Source: an uncultured Chloroflexia bacterium
GTDB taxonomy: Bacteria; Chloroflexota; Limnocylindria; Limnocylindrales; CSP1-4
Length of the DNA: 64,000 nt
Reading direction: 5' to 3'
Assembly (NCBI GenBank): GCA_963748675.1
Contig: CAVVJX010000009.1
Location: 140,931-204,930 of the forward strand
Position 1 is the stretch's first letter, and each line of letters begins with the position of its first letter. Under the pieces are notes generated by a model. That model saw only the letters and a list, made by a program, of their open reading frames with translations. It did no database searches and was not told where the DNA came from. Below are positions 1 through 10,441 of the stretch, piece after piece. A program made the position numbers and the translations under genes.

Positions 1-31
1 TGCCCGTAAAGCCAGCGAAGGCTGACCGCGA

Positions 32-1634
32 TCAGTCGGCCCCGAGGCGGATCCCACGTCCCGGGAACGCGCCGGTGTGGGTGCCGCCGTCCACGACCAG
101 GGTGCCGTTGACCATGACATGGTCGATGCCGCTCGGGAAACGGGTCGGCTCGTCGTACGTCGCATTGCTTCGCACCAAGGCCGGATCGAAGACGACGACG
201 TCCGCGTAGGCCCCATCGCGGATCGTCCCGCGCTGCTTGAGCCCGAGGCGGGCCGCGGCCGCGCCGGTCATCTTGTGGATCGCCCCCTCGAGGCTCAATA
301 GGCCTTCGTCGCGGACGAACTGACCAAGGATCCGCGGGTAGGAGCCGTACGTCCGGGGGCTCGGCTTGGCCCCGATGAACGTCGAATCCGTGCCGACCAT
401 CCCGACCGGATGCGTGACGAAGTCGCGCAGGGTCTCGGACCACGGCCCGCTCGTGACCTGGTTGACGCCGAGGTCCTCGGCGAGCAGGAGGTCGCAGATG
501 ACGTCGACGGCGTCATGGCCCGTCTCCTGCATCACGTCCGCCATGGTCATCGACTCCCAGCGCAGGAGATCGGGGCGGTGGAACGCGCCGAGGCGCAGGT
601 CCGCCCAGCCAGCCGGGCCCGTGTACGCGGCTCCGCGGGCCGCGAACTCCCCTCGCAATCGATCGCGGGCAGCCCGGTCGGCCAGGCGTCCCTTGAGCGG
701 CCCAGGTCCGCCTTCCTGGATCCAGCCGGGCAGCTGGATGAGGAGCCTGGTGCTGGCCCACTCCGACGGGTAGCTGTCGAACGTCACATCGAGGCCCCCG
801 GCACGAGCGTCGTCGACGAGGGCCAGGAGGGGCGCCGGCCCACCGGGATGGGTCTGGCGATGGTAGAAGTGCGTGATGTGGGCGGGGGCGTCGGCGCGAC
901 GCCCGATGTCGATCGCTTCCTTGAACGGGTCGAGGTAGCGGTCACCGAGCTGGTAGCGGACGTGGGTGTGATAGAAGCCGCCGGCCTCGCCCGCGGTCCG
1001 CGTCAGCGCGGCGAGCTCCTCGGTGGTGGCGTAGCTCCCCGGCGGGTAGTCGAGGCCGGACGAGAGGCCGACCGCGCCCTCCGCCATCGCGTCGCGCAGG
1101 CTGCCCCGCATGCGGTCGAGCGCCTTGTCATCGGCCGGGACGTCGTCCCAGCCCAGCGCGCCGATCCGGAGCTGCGAGTTGCCGACCAGGGTCCCGACGT
1201 TGAGGCTGACCGTGCCGTCATAGCGGGCGAGGTATTCGGCGACGGTGCGCCAGTCGTAGTCGAGGTCCGGCCGGCCATCGAGCCCGGAGTCGAACTCGAC
1301 GAAGGCGAGCAGGTCCTCGCGTCTCTCGAATGGGGCGAAGCCGTTGCCGTCGACCCCGACGATCTCGGTCGTGACGCCCTGGCGGACCTTGGGCTCGTGC
1401 CGCGGCTCTGCGAGGATCACCAGGCCGCCGTGGCTGTGCAGGTCGATGAAGCCGGGCGCGACGACTCGCGCCGTGGCGTCGATCCGCCGCCCGACGTGCT
1501 CGGGGAGCGGCGCGTCCGACGGGGAGCAGGCGCATCCGGTCGCCCTCGACGACGACTGTTCCCGGTCGTGGCGGCGCGCCCGTGCCGTCAACGACGGTGC
1601 CGCCGGTGATCAGGAGGTCGACGCTGTCGCTCAC
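32..1634 (-). CDS. N-acyl-D-amino-acid deacylase (D-aminoacylase) family amidohydrolase; apparent frameshift near 1520
   Basis: N-terminus VSDSVDLLITGGTVVDGTG lies in one frame; APGFIDLHSH, GVTTEIVG, SSGLDYPPG, PRTYGSYPRILG and GAYADVVVFDP lie in ORF 32..1591; GTG start overlaps the upstream stop (GTGA). Confidence 0.88.
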
Positions 1635-2972
1635 ACCGGGACCTGTGCAGTTCGGCTGCCGGGTCCTTCCAGCCGCCGGCCGCGGACCCATGCCGCACGG
1701 ACCATGTCGGGGTGCGAGCGGAAGATCATCCGGCTCGCGATGTCGGCCGGCTCGTCGTCTTCGACGCCGGGCACGGGCGCCGTGAAGGCCGGGTCGACCG
1801 CGATCACATCGGCTTCCTTTGCCGGCCTCCAGCGATCCGGTGATCTCGCCGAGACCGAGCGCCTGAGCGCCCCCGAGCGACCCGAGCCGCAGCCACTCCA
1901 GCGGCGCGAGGACGCGTCCTTCCTCGACGCCCGCCACGCGACGGGCGTTCTGGACGTAGAAACCGGTGCGCATGACCGTGAAGATCGAGAGATCCGGGCC
2001 CCCGGCGATGTCGGAGCCCAGCCCCAGGCTCATGCCCGCGTCGAGGTAGCGACCCAACGGCATCATCCCCGACGCGAGGAACAAGTTCGACACGGGGCAA
2101 TGGGCGACGCGCGTCCCGGTCTCGACGAGACGCCCGAGCTCTCGATCGGAGAGATGCACCGCATGTGCGAGCACGGTCCGCTCCCCGAGTCCGCCGGCGC
2201 GGTCGTAGACGTCGACATAATCGGTCGCCTCGGGGAACAGCCGGGCGACTTCGGCGATCTCGCCACGGTCCTCGGACAGATGCGTCTGCCAGTACGCGCC
2301 GGTGCTCGACGCGAGCGCAGCGGACTCGCGCAGGAGCTCGGCCGTGCACGTGACGGCGAATCGCGGTGTGACGGCGTACTGGAGGCGGCCGTCGTCGGCG
2401 CCGTGCCATCGATCGATCAGGCGGGCGGATTCCGCCAGGCTCTGGTCCAGGATCACCTTGGGATCGATGGTGGGGTCGTAGGTCCCCCGGTCCATCATCA
2501 CCTTGCCCACGATGGCCCGAATCCCGTGCGCCTCGGCCGCGCGGAACGTGGCATCCAGGCTCGCCTCGTAGACCGCGCCGTAGACCAGGGCCGTCGTCGT
2601 GCCCGCGCCCGCGAAGGCGCGCCACGCGGCGGGAGCGAGCCGCTCGGCCGTGGGTTCATCGAAGTCACGCTCGAGCGGGAAGATGTACCGCTCGAGCCAC
2701 GTCAGCAGGTCGAGCCCGGCGCCGAGACCGGCGTTCGGGAGCTGGGGCAGGTGGGCGTGGAGGTCGACCATGCCTGGGAGCAGGATCCATGGCCGCAGGT
2801 CGATGGCTGCGGACACCTCCCCCGGGCGAGCACCGGCGGGTCCGGCGAAGGCGATCCGACCCGCGCCGTCAACGACCAGGAGCCCGTCGGGCTCGTACGT
2901 CGTGCCACCGTCGTCGAGGGGCGTCAGCAGGCGGCCGCGGAGCGCGAACGGCGGGCTCAGGGGCAGGTCCAC
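1631..2972 (-). CDS. guaD: Guanine deaminase (amidohydrolase); apparent frameshift near 1818
   Basis: LPGMVDLHAHLPQ, LLTWLERYIFPLE, YAVTPRFA, QTHLSE, HCPVSNLFLASG, GLGSDIAGG motifs; the C-terminus (EADVIAVDP) continues in another frame after GGCAAAGGAAG. Confidence 0.88.
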
Positions 2973-2986
2973 GCGCGACAGGCTAT

Positions 2987-3155
2987 CAGGCGCTCGCGGT
3001 CGCTCGACCGGTCCGGTGACCCGCCAGGCCGCTCCCGGCCGCCCGACCGGCCGGTGTCCCAGCCAGGCCGCCCGCGGTCGCCCGACCGACCCGGTGTCCC
3101 GCCAGGCCGCTCGCGGTCGCCCGACCGGCCTGGTGTCCCGGCCAGGCCGCTCGCG
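2987..3155. repeat. Tandem repeat, ~39-bp unit, about 4.3 copies
   Basis: CAGG anchors at 2987, 3025, 3064, 3103, 3143; unit consensus ~CAGGCCGCTCGCGGTCGCCCGACCGGCCGGTGTCCCGC. Confidence 0.9.
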
Positions 3156-3343
3156 CGACGTTCACCGGGTGAACATCGACTCCGCGTCGAGGAGGGACTC
3201 GGCCGCACGGCCCTGCTCGGTAGGGGACGTCCCGCGATCGGGGAATTTCACCGGGTGAATGTCGCGCGAGCGCTCACCGCGAACAGAACCGGTGGGCCAG
3301 GGCGAACGGGCGGCGTGTTCACGGGGTGAACGTCGCGCGAGCG
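3148..3343. repeat. Three copies (one inverted) of a ~27-bp palindrome-containing REP-like element
   Basis: CGCTCGCGCGACGTTCACCGGGTGAAC (3148-3174) is the near reverse complement of TTCACCGGGTGAATGTCGCGCGAGCG (3247-3272) and GTTCACGGGGTGAACGTCGCGCGAGCG (3317-3343). Confidence 0.8.
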
Positions 3344-3379
3344 CTAGCCCCGGTTCAGCCCTGGGTACTGCTCGCGGAC

Positions 3380-3412
3380 AAAGAAAGACCCGGATCGGTC
3401 GATCCGGGTCTT
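3380..3412 (-). terminator. Rho-independent terminator of the small CxCGW gene
   Basis: On the minus strand, AAGACCCGGATCG-acc-GATCCGGGTCTT followed by TCTTT, about 20 nt after the stop at 3433. Confidence 0.85.
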
Positions 3413-3432
3413 CGGGATGTTGGCGGTCGCGC

Positions 3433-3621
3433 TCAGCGCTTCTTGCCGCGAACCTCGATGAGGTGGGCCGTCCACTCGGAGCCGGCGCGATCGATCGTCG
3501 CCGAGCTGCCGTGCCATCCGCACGTGCAGGTGATCGTCTGAGCTTGGTGCTTGTACTCGTCGATCACGTGCTTGAAGGGCTCATTGGCGATGGCAGGCTT
3601 GACGGGCGGGCGACTGTTCAA
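3433..3621 (-). CDS. Small (~62 aa) putative zinc-binding protein (H...CxCGW...WxxH)
   Basis: AGGAG Shine-Dalgarno before TTG 3621, TATCGT -10 upstream and its own terminator; sequence KHVIDEYKHQAQTITCTCGWHGSS...EWTAH. Confidence 0.7.
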   Translation of the reverse strand: MNSRPPVKPAIANEPFKHVIDEYKHQAQTITCTCGWHGSSATIDRAGSEWTAHLIEVRGKKR

Positions 3622-3729
3622 CGGGGACTCCTGCACAGCGGGGTTCGTCAGGTGCGACGGGGAGTACTAACGATAGCCGATTTGGCCGATTCCTGCTCCG
3701 GTGTGTGCGTCCCCGGGTCCCGAACGGCG

Positions 3730-5262
3730 CTACTCCGGCCCCAGGTGATAGCCGAGTCGCCTTGGCAACCGGCTGACCTCACGAAGCAGGAATCCGGGCT
3801 CCTCGCCGCGTTCCTCCATCGATTCACGCCGGACGGCCGCCTCGCGGATCAGCCGCGCGCCGACGTAGCTCGCCGGCTCCGGCGGGAACGGCCGGGGCGG
3901 CCGCCCGTCCGCGAGCGACAGGGCGAGCACCGGGTCGTCGGTACGCTCGAGCGCCCGAGCCGCAAGGATGCGACCCCCGACGACCGCCGGCCCGACGCCG
4001 TTGCCGCTGTACCCGTGGCCGTAGTGGATCGGACGACCGCGCATCGACCCGAACCACGGCAGGTGGTCGGCGCTGATGTCGATCGGGCCGCCCCAGGCGT
4101 CTTCGATGCGCACGTCACGAAGCGACGGGAACAGCCGGCGCAGTCCCGCGGCTGCGCGACCCGCATCGGCGGCCGAATCCGTGAACACGGGGCCGATCCG
4201 ACCGGTGAGCCCCGCCCGACCGCCGCCCCCACCGATTGCGATCCGCCCGTCCGGCGTCGTCCGCAGGTAGTGGAGCGTGACTCTGGCGTCGGCGACGCCC
4301 TCGCCCCCGGTCCAGCCGATGTCCGCCAGGCGATCGGGGATGGGCTCCGTCAGGACGATGTACGACGACCAGGTCACCAGGCGCGATCCGAACCAGGGCC
4401 ACGCTCCCGCCCACGCATTGAGCGCCAGGACCGCCGACCCTGCGAGCACCTCACCGTCGCCGCCCGCCGACGTCGTCCGCACGCGGATGGGTCGCGGTCC
4501 GCCGGCCGCACCGCGGCGGCGTGGCGCACGGCGTGTACTGGCGCCCAACGCACCGAGCCACCCTGGCCGCTGGCCATCGATCTCGGTGGCGGTGGTTCCC
4601 TCGTGGATCGCGACGCCGCGTTCGAGCAGCACCCGCCGCAGCCCGCGGGCCAGCGCCGCCGGCTGAACGGTGGCGGCACCGGGCATGAAGGCGCCCTCGC
4701 GGAACACCGGTGATCGGAGGCGCGCCCGGACCTGGTCCTCGGTGAGCGGTACGAGGCGGTCGCCCAGGCCGTGCTCGCGCAGCGCGGTGACGGCCGGCAT
4801 CCACGCACCGTCCTGGGCCGGCGCCGCGCTCGCCGACAGCGACCCCGCTTTCGTGTACCAAGCGTCCACGTCGTTCGCGGCACAGAACGCACCGACCTCG
4901 TCGACGGCCGCCTCCATCGCCTCCCCGACCCCGATGGCGCCCGGGACCCCGTACCGGTCGATGAGCGACGCGAATTCGTCCCACCAGTTCGTGACGAACC
5001 CGCCGTTCCGCCCAGACGGCCCGCCGCCGCAGATGTCCGACTCGATCAGGACGACCCGGGCGGACGGCTCCAGCTCGGTGAGGCGCAGTGCGGTCCAGAG
5101 GCCCGTGTAGCCACCGCCGACGATGACGACGTCGGCCGTGGTCGTGCCACGCAACGGTGGCGCGGCCGCGGCCAGGTGGGGTGCGGTGGCCGCTTCAGCG
5201 GCGAGGGCTTCGCGCAGCCACCACGACCGCCGACCGCTCGTCGGCCGGACCCCACCGAGCAC
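3730..5262 (-). CDS. FAD-dependent oxidoreductase, DAO/PuuB-like amine oxidase family
   Basis: DVVIVGGGYTGLW dinucleotide motif, GPSGRNGG, WGGPID, GYSGNGVG; start is GTG 5262 (or CTG 5271 overlapping the upstream stop). Confidence 0.88.
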   Translation of the reverse strand: MLGGVRPTSGRRSWWLREALAAEAATAPHLAAAAPPLRGTTTADVVIVGGGYTGLWTALRLTELEPSARVVLIESDICGGGPSGRNGGFVTNWWDEFASLIDRYGVPGAIGVGEAMEAAVDEVGAFCAANDVDAWYTKAGSLSASAAPAQDGAWMPAVTALREHGLGDRLVPLTEDQVRARLRSPVFREGAFMPGAATVQPAALARGLRRVLLERGVAIHEGTTATEIDGQRPGWLGALGASTRRAPRRRGAAGGPRPIRVRTTSAGGDGEVLAGSAVLALNAWAGAWPWFGSRLVTWSSYIVLTEPIPDRLADIGWTGGEGVADARVTLHYLRTTPDGRIAIGGGGGRAGLTGRIGPVFTDSAADAGRAAAGLRRLFPSLRDVRIEDAWGGPIDISADHLPWFGSMRGRPIHYGHGYSGNGVGPAVVGGRILAARALERTDDPVLALSLADGRPPRPFPPEPASYVGARLIREAAVRRESMEERGEEPGFLLREVSRLPRRLGYHLGPE

Positions 5263-5267
5263 GGCCG

Positions 5268-6426
5268 TCAGTCCTGGGCCGGCAACAGGCCGGTCTCGAT
5301 GACGTCGTCCACCGTGACCGGGTTTGGTACGAGCCCGAGCGTCTCGAGATACGCGATCGACTGCTCCCAGTCCGACGGCTCGATGGCCCCGAACCCGCGC
5401 GCCTCCTGAGCCGGCCCCCGCCACACCTCGATCGTGGCATCGAGGATGGCGGCCTGCACGTCCCGGGCCGACCCGAGCTCCGGTACGGCCGTGATGGCGG
5501 CATCGAGCCCGACCTCGGGGTTGTCGGCGATCTCCTCCATCGCACGCAGGGTGGCGGCGATGAACCCGGTGATCGCGTCCGACTTCGAGTCGAGGGTCGA
5601 GGTGCCCGTGATCAGGCCATTCCCGGGGAGGGGCGTGATCTCGTCGACGCGCAGCACCGTGACCTCCTCACCGGTCAGCTCCAGCTGGACCGGCTCGTTG
5701 TTCGCGAACCCGGTGGCGGCGTCCACCGCGCCCTGGGCCACCGCCGCACCCTGGCCGAAGTCCGGGTACTCGACGATCTCGAGGTCGTCGGGCGTCAGAT
5801 TGGCGGAGGCGAGCAGCGCCTGCAGCATGATCCACGAGGAACCGAACCGCCCGGGGATCCCGAGCTTCTTGCCCTCGAGGTCTGCGGCCGTGGCGATCCC
5901 CGACGACGCCTTCGCGAACACGATCGATGGGAACTGGCCGTAGATCGTGGCCACGTACTTGATCGGGATTCCCTGGCTGACGGCCGGGATGACGCTCGTG
6001 CCATCGGCCAGGCCGACATCGATGGAGCCCTGTCCGACGAGCGTGACGAGGTCCGGGTCGATCTTGTTCTGGAACTCGACATCGACGCCGGCTTCGGCGT
6101 AGTAGCCCGCCTGGTCGGCGAGGTAGAACGGGGCGAACTGGACGCTCGGGATGAACCCGAGGCCGACGGTCAGGGCGACGGGCTCCTGGCTCGGCTCGTC
6201 GCTCGCGGCGGCGCTGGGTTCGTCGCTCGGCCCGGCCGAGCTCGATGCCTCGGCTGGGCAAGACGCGGACGGCGTCGTCCGGTCGGCATCACCGGGACAG
6301 GTGGGGAAGGGCCCGCTGGCGCCGGGTTCGCCGGGCGACGTGTCGCGCGGGATGAGCACTAGGACGGCGACGAGCGCGATGACGGCGGCGACGACAAGGA
6401 CGAGTGGGCGACGATCTCGATGGCAC
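5268..6426 (-). CDS. ABC transporter substrate-binding protein, NMT1/THI5 (SsuA/RibY-like); probable frameshift just after the start
   Basis: LGFIPSVQFAPFYLADQAGYY, DLEGKKLGIPGRFGSSW, DAATGFANNEP; N-terminal hydrophobic anchor; GGAGG before GTG 6426, which is one base out of frame. Confidence 0.85.
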
Positions 6427-6444
6427 GATTTCCTCCGACTGGGG

Positions 6445-7194
6445 CTACCGAGCGCCGACGAGTCGGCGCTCAATGAGGACGACGGCGAGGTAGAGCACGA
6501 TCCCGACCATCGCGATGGTCATGAGCGCGGCGAACATGAGCGGGGTGTCGAACAACGACCCGCGGGCGAGATTGATGAGGACGCCGAGGCCGCGTTCGGC
6601 CCCCGCCCATTCAGCGACGATCGCGCCGACCACGGCCAGCGTGACCCCCACCCGCATCCCGCCGAGAATCGATGGGAGCGCGGCCGGGATCTCGAGCGTC
6701 GTCAAGATCTGGCGGCGGGTCGCCCGGAGCGACCGACCCAGCTCCAGGAGGCCCGCATCGACCGACCGGATCCCGACCATGGTCGCGACCGCGACCGGGA
6801 AGAACACGATCAGCGAGCAGATGATCAGCTTGCTCGCCAGGCCGGGCCCGAACCACAGCGCGATGAGTGGAGCGAGGGCGAGGATCGGCATCGCCTGGGC
6901 CGCAACGAGATAGGGCGAGGCGAGCCGTTCGAAGAGCGCGCTGCGCGCGAGTGCGTACCCGACGATGAGCGCGAGACCCGCGCCGATCGCGAAGCCGAGC
7001 GCGACCTCGACGAGGGTCGTCAACAGGTGCGGCTGGATGATCCCCGACGTCCAGGCCGTGGCCAGACGACCCAGGACCGCGGCGGGCGGGGGCAGGATGA
7101 ACGGCGGGAGACCGCTCACGATCACGACCGCCTGCCAGAGCAGGAGGAAGGCGACGAGTGCGGCGCCGACCGAGAGGAGTGCCGAGCGGCTCAT
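6445..7194 (-). CDS. ABC transporter permease, NitT/TauT (SsuC/RibX-like)
   Basis: Multiple TM segments, FILPPP, PILALAPL, EAA-like loop ELGRSLRATRRQI, GAIVAEW. Confidence 0.92.
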   Translation of the reverse strand: MSRSALLSVGAALVAFLLLWQAVVIVSGLPPFILPPPAAVLGRLATAWTSGIIQPHLLTTLVEVALGFAIGAGLALIVGYALARSALFERLASPYLVAAQAMPILALAPLIALWFGPGLASKLIICSLIVFFPVAVATMVGIRSVDAGLLELGRSLRATRRQILTTLEIPAALPSILGGMRVGVTLAVVGAIVAEWAGAERGLGVLINLARGSLFDTPLMFAALMTIAMVGIVLYLAVVLIERRLVGAR

Positions 7195-7976
7195 GCGGCG
7201 GCCTCGCCCTCGCCGAGGTGTCGTCGCACCTCTCGCGCCGTGTCCGACACGATGGCGGCGTCCAGGTCCTCGATCGAGCGCGGACGCGCCAGCTCCACGG
7301 GGATGTCCGCGACCACGCGTCCGGGCCTCGGCGACATCACGACGATCCGGTCCGCAACGAGGATGGCCTCGGCGATGCTGTGCGTGACGAGCAGGATCGT
7401 CGGTGCCGCGCGCTCCCAGAGCCGCAGCAGCTCCAGGTCGAATCGCTCACGGCTCAGCGCGTCGAGCGCGCTGAACGGCTCGTCGAGGAGCAGCACCTCG
7501 GGCTCGAGCGCCAGCGCGCGGGCGAGCGCGACACGTTGACGGGTCCCACCGGAGAGCTCGGTGGGTCGATTGCCGGTCACGCCGGGGTCGAGCGACACGA
7601 GCTCCGCGAGCTCGGCAAGGCGCTTCGAGCGGCGAGCGGGCGGCCAGCCGGCGAGCTCGAGTGGGTACGTGATGTTGTCGGCGGCCGAGCGCCAGGGCAG
7701 CAGGCGGGGCTCCTGGAAGACCAGGCCGATGCGCGCGTCGGGTTCCACGATCGGGGTGGTGTCGAGCGCCACCGCGCCGCGCTCGGGTGCCAGGAGCCCG
7801 GCGATCACGCGCAGGAGGGTGGACTTGCCGCAGCCATTCGGGCCGATGAGGGCCACGATCTCGCCGCCGGCTACGTCGAGGGTCATGCCGTCGAGGACTG
7901 GGAGGCGACCGCCGCCGCGCACCGGGAACGAGAGGTCGACCCCGTCGACGCGGATCGTGCCGCCGGCCTGGGTCAT
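7191..7976 (-). CDS. ABC transporter ATP-binding protein, NitT/TauT family
   Basis: GPNGCGKST, LSGGTRQR, LLLDEPFSALD, VTHSIAEA; ATGA overlaps at both ends. Confidence 0.93.
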   Translation of the reverse strand: MTQAGGTIRVDGVDLSFPVRGGGRLPVLDGMTLDVAGGEIVALIGPNGCGKSTLLRVIAGLLAPERGAVALDTTPIVEPDARIGLVFQEPRLLPWRSAADNITYPLELAGWPPARRSKRLAELAELVSLDPGVTGNRPTELSGGTRQRVALARALALEPEVLLLDEPFSALDALSRERFDLELLRLWERAAPTILLVTHSIAEAILVADRIVVMSPRPGRVVADIPVELARPRSIEDLDAAIVSDTAREVRRHLGEGEAAA

Positions 7977-9482
7977 CGGGCGGCGGCCACGGCGGCGAGC
8001 TTCGCGTCCGCGTCGGCGGCCGCTGCATCCCCGCCGACGAGCGGCCGCATCACCGGCGCCACCGCCGGATACAAGCCGGTGTAGGCGGCGAACAGGCGGT
8101 CGTAGGTCTCGGCGAAGTCGGGACGTGGGTCGATCGCGTGGTCGATGCGCGTCATCGCGCCGACCGCCGAGCGAACGTCGGCATTCGCGCCGATCGCCAC
8201 CGCGCCGAGGATCGCGGAGCCCAGGACCGCGGTCTCCAGAACGTCCGGCACCAGCACCGGAAAGCCCGTCACGTCGGCCTTCACCTGGTTCCAGGCGTCG
8301 CTCCGCGCCGGACCGCCGCAGGCCCGCATGGCCGTCACGGTCACGCCAGCGGCCAGCATCGGCGTCGCGACGTGTCGGATGGCGAGAGCGCTCGCCTCGA
8401 TGATCGCGCGGGCCAGGTGACCCCGGCCGTGCGACAGCGTCAGGCCCGCGAACACCCCCGTGGCGGTCGGGTCCCAGATCGGTGACCGCTCGCCGGCGAG
8501 GTACGGGAGGAACACCACGCCATCGGCACCCGGGGGCGTCGCGGCCGCCTGCGCCAGCAATCGTTCGATGCTGACGTCCCCGCCGACGATCGCGTCGCGG
8601 AACCAGTCGAGGGCGCGGCCGGTCGCCGCCATCGCCGCTCCCGACGCTGTAGAGCCCGGCCAGTGGGGCCGGCGTGACGAAGGCACCCGCGACCTCGACC
8701 GGCTCGTGCCAGTACACGCCGAACCCGCCGGCGGACCCACCGGGATCGTACGCATCGCCCGGCTCCAGCAGCCCGGCCCCGAGGTAGCTCGCGAACGCGT
8801 CGTTCGTGCCACCGGCCACCGGGATCCCGACCCGCAGTCCGAGCGCATCCGCCGCCGTCTCGGTCAGGGTGCCGACGACGTCGCCCATCGACCCAATCGG
8901 CGGTCGACGTCCGGCTTGGAGGCCGGTCGCCTCCGAGACGACGGCTGGGTCCGGAACCGCCTGGTCGGGTACCAGGGGCGCGACGGCCTCGCCCGTCAGA
9001 CGGAACGCGAGCCATTCCCACGTGGTCAGGTACCAGCGGGTTCGCGCGGCGATCTCGGGCTCGTGTCGTTCGAGCCAGAGGGCGGCCGGCAGCGGGCCGA
9101 GCGCCCAGCCGTGGATGCCGGTCGCGGCGGCGAGCTCGGCGGCCTCGGCGCGGGCCCGCGTGTCGAGGAAGGTGATCGCGGGACGCGTCGCCTCGCCACG
9201 CCCGTCGACCGCGGCGAGCGTCGGTCCGTGGCCATCGACCCCGATCGCGACGATATCGACGGGTTCGGTCGGGTGCAGCGCGCGGACCGCGCCGACGACC
9301 GCGGACCACCACGCCCCCGGGTCCTGTTCCGCCCACCCCGGTCCGTGCCCGACCTCGAGGCCGTAGCTCGCGCGAGCGATCGCCAGCAATCGACCCTCGA
9401 GGGTCACGAGACCTGCCTTGACCTCGGTCGTGCCGAGATCGAGACCGAGGATGGCGGGCATGGGGCGGTCCTGGGCCGTCAT
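7973..9482 (-). CDS. FGGY-family carbohydrate kinase (xylulokinase-like); apparent frameshift near 8640
   Basis: ILGLDLGTTEVKA, EQDPGAWW, FLPYLAGERSPIWD, GGPARSDAWNQVKADV split over two frames. Confidence 0.88.
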
Positions 9483-10423
9483 GCGATCCGCGTCTCGGTG
9501 TCGAGGGCCAGGACGGCCTCGGCGGTGGCCACGTCCGTCACGAGCGTCCGGATCGCGCCGCTCCGGAGCGCCCCCAGGACCGGCCTGACCTTGCTCTCCC
9601 CGGCCCCGACGCCGATCGCGACCGGGACGCGGCCGAGCGCCCGCGCGTCGAAGGCCAGCACGCGCTCGCGCAGGGCCGGGCAGACGAACTGCCCATCGAT
9701 ATCGAAAGGGGCGATGAGGATCTCGCCCACGGCACCGGCCCGCTCCAGCTCCGAGGCGACCTCGTCGCCCACGGACGCGGCCCCCCAGCCCCGGCCGCCG
9801 ATCCCGACCAGCGCGACGTCCAGCCGATCCCACAGGTCGAGGACGGCGCGGACGCCGGCGTGCCCCTCGAGGGCGTGCTTGGTCGTGGCGTCGTCGACGA
9901 GCCCGGGCACCATCAGGCCATGGGCCTGCGCACCGAGCGCGTCGGCGATGCGGCGGAAGGGCTCGCGCTCGGGACCGGGCGCCCAGTAGCCGCCCGCCAG
10001 GGGCACGATGGTCGCGCTCACGGGCGTGGCCGTGTCTTCGAGGGCGTCGGCGACCGCGCCCACCGATGCCCCGTCGCCGATCCCGACGATCGCGCCGTCC
10101 CGGATCCGCGATCGCAGGACCTGCGCCGCGAGCCGGCCGACCATGCGCCGAGTGAGGTCTTCGGGGCCGGCCACGGTCGGGGCGAGATGGACGGCGTCCA
10201 GGCCGAAGCCGCTGCGCAGGGCGTCGGCGGCCGGCGACTCGACGGCGGTCTGGTCCACGATGCGGATCTCGACGATCCCCTCGGCACGGGCACGCTTCAG
10301 CAGGCGGCTGACCTGCGGTCGGGTGACGCCAAGCTGGTCGGCGATGGCGTTCTGGGTCTCACCGAGCTCGTAGTAGAGCCGGCTCGCCTGCACGAGCTGG
10401 TCGAAGTCGCTCATCGAGGTCAC
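9479..10423 (-). CDS. SorC/DeoR/LsrR-family sugar-binding transcriptional regulator
   Basis: LYYELGETQNAIADQLGVTRPQVSRLLKRARAEGIV HTH followed by a sugar-binding domain (ALVGIG, LVTDVATA). Confidence 0.92.
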   Translation of the reverse strand: MTSMSDFDQLVQASRLYYELGETQNAIADQLGVTRPQVSRLLKRARAEGIVEIRIVDQTAVESPAADALRSGFGLDAVHLAPTVAGPEDLTRRMVGRLAAQVLRSRIRDGAIVGIGDGASVGAVADALEDTATPVSATIVPLAGGYWAPGPEREPFRRIADALGAQAHGLMVPGLVDDATTKHALEGHAGVRAVLDLWDRLDVALVGIGGRGWGAASVGDEVASELERAGAVGEILIAPFDIDGQFVCPALRERVLAFDARALGRVPVAIGVGAGESKVRPVLGALRSGAIRTLVTDVATAEAVLALDTETRIA

Positions 10424-10441
10424 GCTGCCGCCCGTGGCCCG

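Noticed and set aside
2987-3343. Possible CRISPR array
   Set aside because: The tandem units have no spacers; the three palindromic copies differ in orientation and spacing; no cas genes are present
7191-9833. Apparent kinase-ABC ATPase fusion ORF (880 aa)
   Set aside because: It is created by the frameshift near 8640; the kinase C-terminus is in another frame and the ATPase has its own ATG overlapping the kinase stop
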